A stretch of DNA of 64,000 nucleotides. Source: an uncultured Gammaproteobacteria bacterium (GTDB lineage: Bacteria > Patescibacteriota > Patescibacteriia > Magasanikbacterales > GWA2-37-8). The notes beneath the pieces were generated by a model. It was not told the origin of the DNA. It saw only the letters and a program-made list of their open reading frames with translations, and did not search any database. The position numbers and the translations under genes are program-made. Below, piece by piece: positions 25,802 to 35,480 of the stretch; within the stretch, counting starts at the first letter, position 1, and each line of letters begins with the position of its first letter. Location of the stretch: the NCBI GenBank assembly GCA_964355175.1, contig CAYHBZ010000001.1, forward strand, positions 439,400-503,399. The letters are read 5' to 3'.

Positions 25802-26833
25802 ATGCTAATAATCGCCACTATTGTACCGAAGACCGAAGAGGCTATTATAAAAAAAATTATTCTCGCCGGAGCTGACGCTCTTAGGTTTAACTTTTTTTAC
25901 GATACAGTTGAAAAAAATATAGAACTAATACAAAGAGCAGACGGCATAATAGACGAACTCAATTCTAAAACCAGAATTTTTGTAGAACTACCATTAAATA
26001 AAATTGCTTTGGGAGATTTTGATCTAAAAATATTTGCTGTAAGAGAGCATGACGAGTTGATTTTTCAATCCGCCCCTTTTTCTCCAGATTGTCACGAATT
26101 TATTCCAGTGGATATTCCGTATTTAGGAGAACAGGTGAGAATTAATCAAACTATCAGTTTGGCCAATGGTAAAATTTCCATGCAGGTAATAGAGATAATT
26201 AATCGTAATACCATTAAAATCAAAATCCTAAACAACGGGGCTATCAAAGCTAAACAAACTTTCAACAACGGGGTCACTCTGCCGGATGAAGTAATGATCG
26301 AAAAATATAAAAAAATCATAAAAAGCATAGAAAATTTACCGATACGCTTTTTGGCTATCCCATATATCAACGAAAATTTCATCAACACCATCAAAAAAAC
26401 CGATTTACTAAGCAAATTGGATCCAAAAACAAAGATCGTCATAAACATAGAGAGGGAAATAAAGAACGCTGAAATAGAAGCATTATGCCAGGATGAAAGC
26501 TTCAACATTATTAATATTGATCGGGGCGAGCTTGGCGTAAATATGGCATTTGAAAGATACGGTATCTATCAGAAAAAAATAATCAACATAGCCAAAAAAT
26601 TTAATAAAAAACTATTTTTTTGTTCACACATTCTGCCGAGTATTATTGATAATTATATACCCGCCCGATCGGATATTGCCGATCTTACATATATAGCCTA
26701 TGAGGATGTCGCGGCTGGCATAATATTTAGTAAAGAGACTGGAGCCAGCAACCGACCGGCTTATGCCATCAGCGCCGCTCGTAAAATTATAAACGAAGTA
26801 GAAAAAGCAAAAAAAATTAATAGTGATTTTTAA
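25802..26833 (+). CDS. Pyruvate kinase-like TIM-barrel protein with no PK C-terminal domain
   Basis: IDRGELGVNM matches PK VARGDLGVE. IFSKETGAS matches PK MLSGETAKG. The N-terminal IATIVPKT..AGADALRFNFFYDT matches PK IVCTIGPAS..AGMNVARLNFSHG. Start moved past the rplA terminator. Confidence 0.5.
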   Translation: MLIIATIVPKTEEAIIKKIILAGADALRFNFFYDTVEKNIELIQRADGIIDELNSKTRIFVELPLNKIALGDFDLKIFAVREHDELIFQSAPFSPDCHEFIPVDIPYLGEQVRINQTISLANGKISMQVIEIINRNTIKIKILNNGAIKAKQTFNNGVTLPDEVMIEKYKKIIKSIENLPIRFLAIPYINENFINTIKKTDLLSKLDPKTKIVINIEREIKNAEIEALCQDESFNIINIDRGELGVNMAFERYGIYQKKIINIAKKFNKKLFFCSHILPSIIDNYIPARSDIADLTYIAYEDVAAGIIFSKETGASNRPAYAISAARKIINEVEKAKKINSDF

Positions 26834-26845
26834 AAATAGGCACCT

Positions 26846-27934
26846 ATGCCCAAAAAATCCGTTAAAAAAATCACTTATCCATCCATTACCGAATGGATCA
26901 AAAGAATTTCTTTACCAAATTCTGAACTTTTTATTAATGAAGACAGAACAAAATACGAACGTCTAAAAATTTTACACAAGGTTATCAATTTACCTTACTT
27001 ACCACCTACTGAATTTACTTCAAAAGAAATCTTGGAACAAAGCAAATCTTTTAAAAAATTTTTTAATAAAAAAAAGAATAATTTGTGCACTCTTCGGTTG
27101 ACCCCATTAATACCCGAACTTTCAAAAATTAGAAAAAGAGGCGGATCTCTGGCAGATAATATAAAATGGTATCTAAAACAAAAAATAGATCATAGCAGCT
27201 ATAAATTGGAGGTTGTCCCTAGAAGTAACAACGTACTCTGGTCAGGAATTTTTGTTGCTGATCACCATGGAATACTCGGAGAAATGAATAAGAGTGGGAT
27301 CACCCAAATGGTAAAAGGCGACCACACTCAAACACCGACTATATTTTCCTATAATTTTAAAGACTGGAAATTTTCAAAAAATAACAAGCGCATCCAAAAA
27401 ATAATTAAAAAAGTAATAAATAAAATACAAATAAAAAATCCAATAAAAAGAGAGAAAATAAAAAATGATCTACAGACTGAATTTACCAAAAATAATTTCA
27501 TGCGCGGTTACTTTGAGTTTACTATCTGGCCCAAATTAGGCCTGCGCTTTGTGGATTACAATCGCTTTCATATTAATATTCAAAAAGAAAAAGACGCTTG
27601 GGAAAAAAATAAAGAAAAGAAAATGATTGGTGTTTGCGCTGGCGTAGGCAAAGCAATTGGCAAAGCAAAAATAATTTTAAACCCAAACAAAAATAACAAA
27701 TTCAAAAAAGGAGACATCTTGGTCTGTAAAAATATTAATATCGATTACCTTCCAATCATCGGGCTAGCTTCCGGAATAATCACCGAAAAAGGCGCCTTAC
27801 TGTCTCACGCCGCTGTGATCTGTCGCGAATTAAAAAAACCTTATATCGTTTTGGTAAAAAACGCTACCACTAAAATTAAAAACAACGAGAAAATTAAAAT
27901 GGATGCCAATACCGGATCGATTCTGAAGATATAA
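26846..27934 (+). CDS. Protein with C-terminal PEP-utilising-enzyme mobile (phosphohistidine) domain, paralog 1
   Basis: C-terminus GIITEKGALLSHAAVICRELKKPYIVLV matches the GGxTSHAAIIARELGxP catalytic-His motif of PEP synthase / PPDK / Enzyme I. The N-terminal about 270 aa are unassigned. Confidence 0.5.
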   Translation: MPKKSVKKITYPSITEWIKRISLPNSELFINEDRTKYERLKILHKVINLPYLPPTEFTSKEILEQSKSFKKFFNKKKNNLCTLRLTPLIPELSKIRKRGGSLADNIKWYLKQKIDHSSYKLEVVPRSNNVLWSGIFVADHHGILGEMNKSGITQMVKGDHTQTPTIFSYNFKDWKFSKNNKRIQKIIKKVINKIQIKNPIKREKIKNDLQTEFTKNNFMRGYFEFTIWPKLGLRFVDYNRFHINIQKEKDAWEKNKEKKMIGVCAGVGKAIGKAKIILNPNKNNKFKKGDILVCKNINIDYLPIIGLASGIITEKGALLSHAAVICRELKKPYIVLVKNATTKIKNNEKIKMDANTGSILKI

Positions 27935-27953
27935 AAATACCTAACCGCTTGCT

Positions 27954-27980
27954 TAACAGGCGGTTTTTTAATACAATTAG
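27954..27980 (+). terminator. Hairpin between the two PEP-utiliser paralogs
   Basis: AACCGC-ttgcttaacag-GCGGTT followed by TTTTT. Confidence 0.45.
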
Positions 27981-27999
27981 TATTATAATTTATAAATTT

Positions 28000-29082
28000 A
28001 TGGCTATTTCTGAAATCATCGATAAACAGATGCCCTCCCTTACTGAGTGGCTAGAGCAGGCCGGATTTAAACAGTCTCAAGAATTCCGCCAAGAAGATAA
28101 TTCAAAGCGTGATCGTTTGGAAATTCTATTTCAAACTACCGGCTTGGCCTATGATCGACCAGCCAAATTTAGCGCACTGGAATTAAAGAATAGAGAACAA
28201 AAATTTACAGAGTTTTTTGATCAAGCCGGTGATAAATTGTGCGCATTAAGATTAATACCACTGACAGCAGAATTACCAAAACTACGCGTTCGTGGAAAAA
28301 CTTTAAAAGAAAATTTACACTGGTTTGACGAACAAAATATTGATGTGGAGAAATATAAAGTAGAGGTGGTTCCACACAGCGGCCATGACCAATTTTCTGC
28401 CACTTTTTTAATCAACGACCACGGCGTAGTAGGAGAAATTGTGCAAGGATTACACTGGCAACTCACCCAAGGCCTGCACGAAAACGAACCTACTTATTTC
28501 AATTTTGACTTTAATAACTGGAATTTTTCTAAAGAAGACAACGAAGCCATAAAATGGTTAAAACAGGCCGTGTCTTCTTTACAAATCACCAAGGATAAAC
28601 AAAATTTAATCCAACAGCAATTATCCGCCGAATTTACCTCTCAAAATTATTTAAAGGGATACTTTGAATTTGTTGTCTGGCCGGATAATAAAATTTATTT
28701 TATAGATTATAATCGAATAATCTATAAATCTTTAAAGGACTTAAAAAGTCATAATTTATCGCCACTCTCTTCTCTATCCGGGATATGCGCTAGCCCAGGA
28801 AAAGTTTCCGGTCTAGCAAAAATAATCTTGGATCCAAAAAATTCCAGCCTAAACGACGGGGATATTTTAATTTGTTCTATGACTATGATTGAATATGTGC
28901 CTCTCATGAAAAAATCCGGTGGGATCATCACAGCCCAAGGGAATATTTTATCCCATGCCGCGATTGTAGCGCGAGAATTAGGAAAGCCTTGTTTGGTAGG
29001 AGTTAAGGACATTTTAACAAAAATAAAAGATGGACAAAATATCACTTTGGATACCGACCAGGGACTGATAATTTTGAACTAA
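28000..29082 (+). CDS. Protein with C-terminal PEP-utilising-enzyme mobile domain, paralog 2
   Basis: GIITAQGNILSHAAIVARELGKPCLVGV. The N-terminal domain is homologous to paralog 1 (LRLIPL...KYKVEVVPHSG). Start moved to MAISEI after the hairpin. Confidence 0.5.
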   Translation: MAISEIIDKQMPSLTEWLEQAGFKQSQEFRQEDNSKRDRLEILFQTTGLAYDRPAKFSALELKNREQKFTEFFDQAGDKLCALRLIPLTAELPKLRVRGKTLKENLHWFDEQNIDVEKYKVEVVPHSGHDQFSATFLINDHGVVGEIVQGLHWQLTQGLHENEPTYFNFDFNNWNFSKEDNEAIKWLKQAVSSLQITKDKQNLIQQQLSAEFTSQNYLKGYFEFVVWPDNKIYFIDYNRIIYKSLKDLKSHNLSPLSSLSGICASPGKVSGLAKIILDPKNSSLNDGDILICSMTMIEYVPLMKKSGGIITAQGNILSHAAIVARELGKPCLVGVKDILTKIKDGQNITLDTDQGLIILN

Positions 29083-29106
29083 TTTTAGCCTAAAATCAAA
29101 GAAAAA

Positions 29107-29143
29107 ATAGCTATTGGCAATAATAGCTATTTTTGTTAAAATA
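29107..29143. terminator. Perfect 13-bp inverted repeat terminator
   Basis: AAAAATAGCTATT-ggcaat-AATAGCTATTTTT. Confidence 0.55.
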
Positions 29144-29168
29144 ACCACTATAATTAGCTATTAATTTT

Positions 29169-29660
29169 ATGACTGAAGCACAATACCGTCGTCCCACTTG
29201 GGATGAATATTTCATGGAGGTTTGCCGGGCTGTTGCCAAACGCGCCACTTGTGACCGCGGCCGTAGCGGATGTGTGATTGCCCGAAACAAACAAATCTTG
29301 GTCTCAGGCTACGTAGGCTCACCCAAAGGACTACCCCACTGTGACGAAGTCGGCCACCAGATGAAAACCATGACTCACGAAGACGGCCGCCAGACCCAAC
29401 ACTGCGTCCGCACGGCCCACGCCGAACAAAATGCCATTATCCAAGCCGCCAAAGTGGGTGTCGCGATTAGCGGCGCCACTCTTTATTGCAAAATGACCCC
29501 CTGTGCCGTCTGTGCCAAAATGATCATCAACTCCGGAGTAAAAAAAGTAATCTGCGAAAAACGCTATCATGCCGGCGAAGAAAGCGAAGAGATGTTCCGC
29601 AATGTAGATGTAGAATTGGTTTTTTTTGATGAGAGCGTAGAACAATATTCCAAACAATAA
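29169..29660 (+). CDS. Deoxycytidylate (dCMP) deaminase
   Basis: HAEQNAI and PCAVCAKMI zinc motifs. dCMP deaminase-like length with an N-terminal CDRGRSGCV. Confidence 0.8.
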   Translation: MTEAQYRRPTWDEYFMEVCRAVAKRATCDRGRSGCVIARNKQILVSGYVGSPKGLPHCDEVGHQMKTMTHEDGRQTQHCVRTAHAEQNAIIQAAKVGVAISGATLYCKMTPCAVCAKMIINSGVKKVICEKRYHAGEESEEMFRNVDVELVFFDESVEQYSKQ

Positions 29661-29661
29661 T

Positions 29662-30213
29662 ATGGCAAAATTGATTATCGGAATTATCGGCGAAAATGCT
29701 TCAGGCAAAACTACGGCTACCGAATATCTAAAAAATAAATTCAACGCCATTACTTTTCGTTTTTCCGATATGCTGGGCGATATTTTGAAAAGAATGTATA
29801 TCGAGCCGACCAGAGCCAACTTCCAACTATTATCTACGATATTACGTCAAAATTTTAGCGAAGACATAATGTCCACCGTCATTGCCCAGGATGCCAAAAA
29901 CGCCGCCGCCGATGTAATTATCACTGAAGGGGTGCGCCGTCCGAGCGATGTAATACACTTACGCGAGCTTTCCAATTTTATTTTGATCTATATTAAAACC
30001 GACGAACGCGTGCGCTTTGACCGCCTGGCTAATCGTGGCGAAAAACCCGATGATGCCACCAAAACCTGGGAAGAATTTCAGGCCGAAGGCCAACAAGAAT
30101 CCGAACAAAAAATATTGGAAATTGCCGCCGAAGCCAATTATATTGTCGATAATAACGCCAGTTTAAAGAACACCTATTCTCTACTGGATACTATCGTCGC
30201 CAAATATCTTTAA
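29662..30213 (+). CDS. P-loop nucleotide/nucleoside kinase family protein
   Basis: Walker A GENASGKTT. Small (183 aa) NMP-kinase-like fold. Specificity unknown. Confidence 0.5.
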   Translation: MAKLIIGIIGENASGKTTATEYLKNKFNAITFRFSDMLGDILKRMYIEPTRANFQLLSTILRQNFSEDIMSTVIAQDAKNAAADVIITEGVRRPSDVIHLRELSNFILIYIKTDERVRFDRLANRGEKPDDATKTWEEFQAEGQQESEQKILEIAAEANYIVDNNASLKNTYSLLDTIVAKYL

Positions 30214-30216
30214 ATT

Positions 30217-30648
30217 ATGCAAGTAAAAATCAAGCGCCTGGAAAAATCCCTTCCCCTACCAAAATACCACACCGATGGCTCGGCTGGTTTTGATTTTTAT
30301 GCCGCGCAAGATGTCACTATCACTCCCAAAGAAATCGCCCGCATCCCTACCGGCTTAATCATTGGCACGCCACCCGGATATTTTTTGGCAGTTATAAATC
30401 GCTCCAGTATGCCCCAAAAAAAGGGGCTATCTATGCCCAATGGTGTCGGCGTGATAGATAGCGATTATTGTGGAGAAACTGATGAAATAAAAGTACTAAT
30501 GTATAATTTTACCGAACAACCGGTAACTATTGAAAAAGGTGAACGCATCGCCCAAGGTTTATTTCTAAAGGTAGACCAAGGCGTATGGGAAGAAACGGAA
30601 ACAATGAACGAAGAATCGCGCGGCGGATTTGGGTCTACCGGTAACTAG
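30217..30648 (+). CDS. dut: dUTP diphosphatase
   Basis: GSAGFDFYA, RSSMPQKKGL, GVIDSDYCGE motifs. Confidence 0.9.
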   Translation: MQVKIKRLEKSLPLPKYHTDGSAGFDFYAAQDVTITPKEIARIPTGLIIGTPPGYFLAVINRSSMPQKKGLSMPNGVGVIDSDYCGETDEIKVLMYNFTEQPVTIEKGERIAQGLFLKVDQGVWEETETMNEESRGGFGSTGN

Positions 30649-30694
30649 CCATATATATAAGCTATCAAGGCTCATGCGGTAATTTTTTAAAAAT

Positions 30695-30865
30695 ATGAAA
30701 TTGGATTTTACAAAAAAGGCCAACGAACTAGCCTGGGCTTTGAAAAAATTTTTCAAAAAAGAAGAATCTATTCAAAAAGACAGTCGCGCACTAATAAAAG
30801 ATGCCTTGAATAAAAACAATACTAAAAAAATTGAAGATACAAAAAATAAAATAAAAGAATTATAA
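30695..30865 (+). CDS. Possible small Lys-rich ORF of 56 aa, below the track threshold
   Basis: MKLDFTKKANELAWALKKFFKKEESIQKDSRALIKDALNKNNTKKIEDTKNKIKEL, found in the 220-nt gap between dut and the His-rich gene. Confidence 0.2.
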   Translation: MKLDFTKKANELAWALKKFFKKEESIQKDSRALIKDALNKNNTKKIEDTKNKIKEL

Positions 30866-30869
30866 TAAT

Positions 30870-32558
30870 ATGTCTGAACACGGACACTCTCACGAACATC
30901 AGGCTCCCAAAAAACCCAAAACCGAATCATACTTGCCGATAAAAAAAGACACTCCCGTGCCTAGAAAAAAATTAGGGGACAAACTGCGCAATTTTTTTAG
31001 TTTTCACAAATCAGAAAATCCTCAGCTGGAAGAAATTAATTTTTTCAAACATGAATTATTGGACAACAAAGATGCTCTGCTATCCGAGATAAACAACACT
31101 ATTCATAATGAGGCGAGCGCGGTAGCCAATGATATAAAAAATCAAATAAAGATTGTTCATAAGATGTTGGAAAATGGAATGATAAACGGAAAACAAGCCC
31201 AGGAGCTGTCCGAGGCTCTTACCGTGAAACTTCAAGAGGCCAAGGAAGCCGAACAAGCCGTAATAAGCGAACTGACTAGAATAGATCCGGATTTTAACAG
31301 CCATACCGCTCCTCAAGTCAAAGAAAAAAAATCAGCTGAAAAAAGATACAAAAGAGCTTCTGAAATTTTTGCCGCTATCCAAAAAGGTGAAATTATGACC
31401 GCCGATATTTTGACCAAAGAAGAAAAACAGCTAATGATAAATACCCTCACCGAAAAATATAAGGATTTCTCAAATTCCTTTCGACCTCAAGGACAACAAC
31501 CTTACGATGCAGACAAAAGCTACAATAATATAAAAGACGATTCCGAACATGAATATGAATTTTATCTGGATTTGGCCAACCGTATTGGTTTTGATGGAAG
31601 ACTTGATATTTCCAAAAAAGAAAAACCGGCTACCTACACCATGATTATTACCGGACAAAAAAGAAAAAAGGTACCATCTGAAAACCAATCTGCTCCAGCA
31701 AAGCATGATAGCGATAGCCAACCTCACGGCCATGCCAAAGCGGCCGAAGCTCATACCACTCATCCAGCTCCTGTCCACGACAAACATAGCGCTCCAGCCA
31801 TTGTCACTGGTCCACATGAAAGCCATTCTGGCGGCGGTGTAGCTCATGACAAGCCCGATCATCCAGCCAAAGAAGAAAAACCAGAACACGCTCCTGCCCC
31901 AGCCGAAAAAACACCTGACCATACCCACACCGAACCTCCTAAACACGGTCATGGACATGAGACTGAACCGTCCAAACCGAAAACCGACCACCACGCTGAA
32001 AAAGTTGACCACAAACCCGAAACAAAAAAATCAGAACAACTACTTGCGGAAAAATTACGTACCGGTGATCATTTTGTAATCTTAAGAATCGTAAATGCCA
32101 TTTCAAATAAAGAGATTAACAAAGAAAATGTAAATTTTGTACTAAATGAATTGGTATTTAAAGATAAAGTTTTCCCTCAACCTGATAAAATTGTCAGATA
32201 CCTGGTATACAAATCTCTAAAATTAAAAGATTTTGAACTAGCCAAACAAATTGCCGAACTGGGCGACGATGAGGCTCAAAAAGAAATGAATAGAAGTTTG
32301 GTAAAAACAACCGAACTAATCAAAACCGGTCAACTCAATACACCTGAGCAAATCAGACAAAATATCGACGCTATTGCCGATGACAAATTGCGCGATGACA
32401 TTATCATCATAGCGCTCGACAGCATCGCCAAAGTTAATACTGATTTAGCCAAAGAATATTTTGGTAAAATTAGTAGCGAAAGTGCCAAAAATGAGGCTTT
32501 ACTGACATTGTCCGCCGAAAATTCCGATCTGGCAAAAGAATTACGAGCCAACAATTAA
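30870..32558 (+). CDS. Histidine-rich hypothetical protein
   Basis: N-terminus MSEHGHSHEHQ. Central region of about 110 aa carries repeated HxH/HGH motifs. Helical C-terminal domain. Confidence 0.5.
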   Translation: MSEHGHSHEHQAPKKPKTESYLPIKKDTPVPRKKLGDKLRNFFSFHKSENPQLEEINFFKHELLDNKDALLSEINNTIHNEASAVANDIKNQIKIVHKMLENGMINGKQAQELSEALTVKLQEAKEAEQAVISELTRIDPDFNSHTAPQVKEKKSAEKRYKRASEIFAAIQKGEIMTADILTKEEKQLMINTLTEKYKDFSNSFRPQGQQPYDADKSYNNIKDDSEHEYEFYLDLANRIGFDGRLDISKKEKPATYTMIITGQKRKKVPSENQSAPAKHDSDSQPHGHAKAAEAHTTHPAPVHDKHSAPAIVTGPHESHSGGGVAHDKPDHPAKEEKPEHAPAPAEKTPDHTHTEPPKHGHGHETEPSKPKTDHHAEKVDHKPETKKSEQLLAEKLRTGDHFVILRIVNAISNKEINKENVNFVLNELVFKDKVFPQPDKIVRYLVYKSLKLKDFELAKQIAELGDDEAQKEMNRSLVKTTELIKTGQLNTPEQIRQNIDAIADDKLRDDIIIIALDSIAKVNTDLAKEYFGKISSESAKNEALLTLSAENSDLAKELRANN

Positions 32559-32583
32559 AACTAAAAACGCGAATAATAACCAT

Positions 32584-33456
32584 ATGCAGAACTACCTAGA
32601 TATTGTACAAAAAGTTTTGGCTGAAGGAGTGCAAAAAAATAACCGCACCGGTACCGATGCCCTATCTATCGCCGGCGCTATCTTTGAACACGACATGAGT
32701 TTGGGCTTTCCCCTGCTCACTACCAAAAAAATGCCTCATAAAATAATCGCCTCCGAATTGGAATTTTTTATCAAAGGCATTACCGACAAAACTTGGCTCC
32801 AAGAAAGAAACAACCACATCTGGGATGAATGGGCCTATCCAAAAAAAGCACCCTACGGTCATGACGAAGCCGCCCAGAAAAAAATGAAAGAAGAAAGAGA
32901 CTTGGGCCCTATCTATGGCTTCCAATGGCGTCATTACAATGCTCCTTATTATAGTTTTAATGCCGACTACACCAACCAAGGCGTGGATCAATTCCAGCGT
33001 CTGGTAGACAAGCTCAAAAGCGACCCCAACGATCGCCGCATGATCGTAATGGCCTGGAATCCTTTGGCTTTGCAAGATATGGCCTTGCCTCCTTGCCATT
33101 ATGGCTTTCAGGTTACGGTAATAAAAAACAAATTAAATTTGCTTTGGAACCAACGCTCGGTGGACACTATGCTTGGTCTGCCTTTTAATATCGCCAGCTA
33201 CGCCACCTTACTACACCTCCTGGCCAAAGAAACTGGCTATGAAGAAGGAAAATTGGTAGGCTTTTTGGCCGATGTGCATATTTATATAAATCATCTCGAC
33301 GGCGCGCGCGAACAGCTCACTCGCGATCCAAACACCTATCCTTTGCCAAAAATTATTACTGAAAATTTCACTTCAATTTTTGATTGGCAATATACCGATA
33401 CCAAAATTGAAGGCTACCAAAGTTACCCTCGCATCGAATTACCAATTGCTGTCTAA
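32584..33456 (+). CDS. thyA: Thymidylate synthase
   Basis: PPCHYGFQV active-site Cys. DTMLGLPFNIASYATLLHL. Confidence 0.9.
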   Translation: MQNYLDIVQKVLAEGVQKNNRTGTDALSIAGAIFEHDMSLGFPLLTTKKMPHKIIASELEFFIKGITDKTWLQERNNHIWDEWAYPKKAPYGHDEAAQKKMKEERDLGPIYGFQWRHYNAPYYSFNADYTNQGVDQFQRLVDKLKSDPNDRRMIVMAWNPLALQDMALPPCHYGFQVTVIKNKLNLLWNQRSVDTMLGLPFNIASYATLLHLLAKETGYEEGKLVGFLADVHIYINHLDGAREQLTRDPNTYPLPKIITENFTSIFDWQYTDTKIEGYQSYPRIELPIAV

Positions 33457-33458
33457 AT

Positions 33459-33932
33459 ATGTTTTCTCTCATTGCCGCTATCGCCGAAAATAACTGTATC
33501 GGAAAAAATAATAAAATCCCCTGGAATATTCCGGAGGATTTTCAATATTTCAAAAGAATGACTCTGGGCAAAACCTGCGTCATGGGACAAGCGACTTTCG
33601 AATCCATCCTGGGCTACCTTGGTAAACCGTTGCCAGGACGCCAAAATGTAGTGGTAACTTCCAGAGCAGATTACTCCGCACCGGAAGGAGTATGGATTTT
33701 CCACTCTTTGGACGAAGTATTTGAAAAACTAAAAAACAAAGATGTTTTTATCTGCGGCGGGGCCAGTATTTATCACCAAACGATAGATAAAATGGATAAT
33801 TTATATATCACTCACATTCACCAGTCTTTTGACGGCGACACTTTTTTCCCGGAAATCAATAAAAATATTTGGAAAGAAACCAATCGTGATGACCGTGACG
33901 GTTTTTCTTTTGTCACTTACCAAAAAATTTAA
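33459..33932 (+). CDS. folA: Dihydrofolate reductase
   Basis: LIAAIAENNCIGKNNKIPW N-terminus. 157 aa. Confidence 0.85.
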   Translation: MFSLIAAIAENNCIGKNNKIPWNIPEDFQYFKRMTLGKTCVMGQATFESILGYLGKPLPGRQNVVVTSRADYSAPEGVWIFHSLDEVFEKLKNKDVFICGGASIYHQTIDKMDNLYITHIHQSFDGDTFFPEINKNIWKETNRDDRDGFSFVTYQKI

Positions 33933-33938
33933 ATCAAT

Positions 33939-34643
33939 ATGTTTATAATGATCGACGGTATAGATGGTGGCGGCAAAAGCACTATTATCGACGCTTGGAA
34001 AGAATATTTATCCAACCAAGGTAATGCTATTTTTGATTTAAAAAAATATTTTTTAGAAAATAACCGCTATCCGGAAATTTCCGAAATGGGTCATTATGAT
34101 TTTATTTTTTCAGCAGAGCCGACCCATACCGGAGTGGGCAAAATTTTACGCGACGAGTTGGCTAGCACCAAAAATAATTATCCGCCGGAAATTATTGCCG
34201 AAGCCCACTCGGTGGATCGCATGATTTTATACACCAAAGCAATTATTCCAGCCCTAAAAAATGACCGCATTGTGATTCAGGACCGTGGAATAAGCACTTC
34301 GCTAGCCTATCAACCTTGCCAGGATCCCGCTCTCACGGTGCAAAAAGTGTCTCAATATGCCGGCAATCGCCTGGCCACAGAATACCGACCGGATCATTTG
34401 GTAATCGTGGATATTGATCCACAAGTAGCCTATGACCGCCTCACCTCCCGACACGATAAACAGGATAATGCCGTTTTTGAAAAATTGGATTTCATGAAAA
34501 AATCTGTCGAAAAATTTAAAGACAATGAATTTAAAAACTTCTTTTTAGGATTAGGCACACAGCTTCATTATTTGTCGGGAGAGGAAAAAATTGATATAAT
34601 GAGAGGACAGGCTATAGACCTGCTAAAAACTATTTTAAAATGA
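33939..34643 (+). CDS. tmk: Thymidylate kinase-like P-loop kinase
   Basis: IDGIDGGGKST Walker A typical of dTMP kinase. The lid region is diverged. Confidence 0.6.
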   Translation: MFIMIDGIDGGGKSTIIDAWKEYLSNQGNAIFDLKKYFLENNRYPEISEMGHYDFIFSAEPTHTGVGKILRDELASTKNNYPPEIIAEAHSVDRMILYTKAIIPALKNDRIVIQDRGISTSLAYQPCQDPALTVQKVSQYAGNRLATEYRPDHLVIVDIDPQVAYDRLTSRHDKQDNAVFEKLDFMKKSVEKFKDNEFKNFFLGLGTQLHYLSGEEKIDIMRGQAIDLLKTILK

Positions 34644-34647
34644 CACT

Positions 34648-35397
34648 ATGTTAATCTCGCTCTCCGAATTATTCGTCCAGAGTCTGGAGAAATATTCCAA
34701 ACACTTTGGCAAGACTCTTCCGTATTTGGCCGTATTACTCACCGCCTTTTTATTGCGCTATGGCGCCGGATATTTTGGGGTCTACCTTACTTTCAATACC
34801 CGCTTATCCAACAACGCTTCCGACTTCGTCGTTTTAGTTCTGCTAATTGTATTATTTGTATTAGGTTTTTGGGGTACAGCCGCCTTTACTAAAGTTGCTC
34901 AAAATGTAGATCAAAATCAACCTCTATTACCTTTCAAACAACAATTTTTATCCGTAAAAAAATATTTAGCGCCAGTGTTCTTTATTATTTTGGTAAATGT
35001 ATTTCTCATTGCGCTGGGCGGAATTTTATTATTTATCCCGGCCGTAATATTTTTTGTCTGGTATTACTTTAGTAACTATATCGTAATTTTTGAAGACAAA
35101 AAAGGACTTGGCACCTTGGCTGAAAGTAAAAATCTGGTAGTGGGCCGCTGGTGGCCAATGGCTTGGAGAATTGCCGTACCAAAAGCGGTCTTTTCGCTTG
35201 TTTCAGGTTTTTTAGCCAAAGCCATAATTGCTCTGTTTGTAATAATTTTTAGTCCTTCGCCGATTGTCTATGATCTAGCTTTTGAATTCATCGTCGGCTT
35301 GGTGGCTTTACTAATGCTTCCTCTCTTTGTCTGGCAAGATATTACCCTGTACTACAGCGCCAAAAAAACACCGACAAACACTCCTATCACCCAGTAA
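34648..35397 (+). CDS. Hypothetical polytopic membrane protein
   Basis: Four or five hydrophobic helices. No family recognised. Confidence 0.45.
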   Translation: MLISLSELFVQSLEKYSKHFGKTLPYLAVLLTAFLLRYGAGYFGVYLTFNTRLSNNASDFVVLVLLIVLFVLGFWGTAAFTKVAQNVDQNQPLLPFKQQFLSVKKYLAPVFFIILVNVFLIALGGILLFIPAVIFFVWYYFSNYIVIFEDKKGLGTLAESKNLVVGRWWPMAWRIAVPKAVFSLVSGFLAKAIIALFVIIFSPSPIVYDLAFEFIVGLVALLMLPLFVWQDITLYYSAKKTPTNTPITQ

Positions 35398-35407
35398 ATA
35401 CTCACTA

Positions 35408-35436
35408 AATCCCGATCTTATCGGGATTTTTTTATT
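35408..35436 (+). terminator. Terminator, AATCCCGAT/ATCGGGATT family
   Basis: AATCCCGAT-ctt-ATCGGGATT followed by TTTTTT. Confidence 0.6.
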
Positions 35437-35437
35437 C

Positions 35438-35466
35438 TTGCTAAAAAGAAAAGAAAGTGATAATAT
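35438..35466 (+). promoter_or_regulatory. gatB promoter
   Basis: TTGCTA-17-TAATAT. The ATG at 35481 is about 8 nt after the predicted transcription start. Confidence 0.45.
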
Positions 35467-35480
35467 TGTCTAATAACAAT

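Noticed and set aside
31470-32012. Minus ORF 31470-32012 inside the His-rich gene
   Set aside because: It is antisense to a His-codon-rich region (CAT/CAC gives ATG/GTG-rich antisense). It is an artefact.
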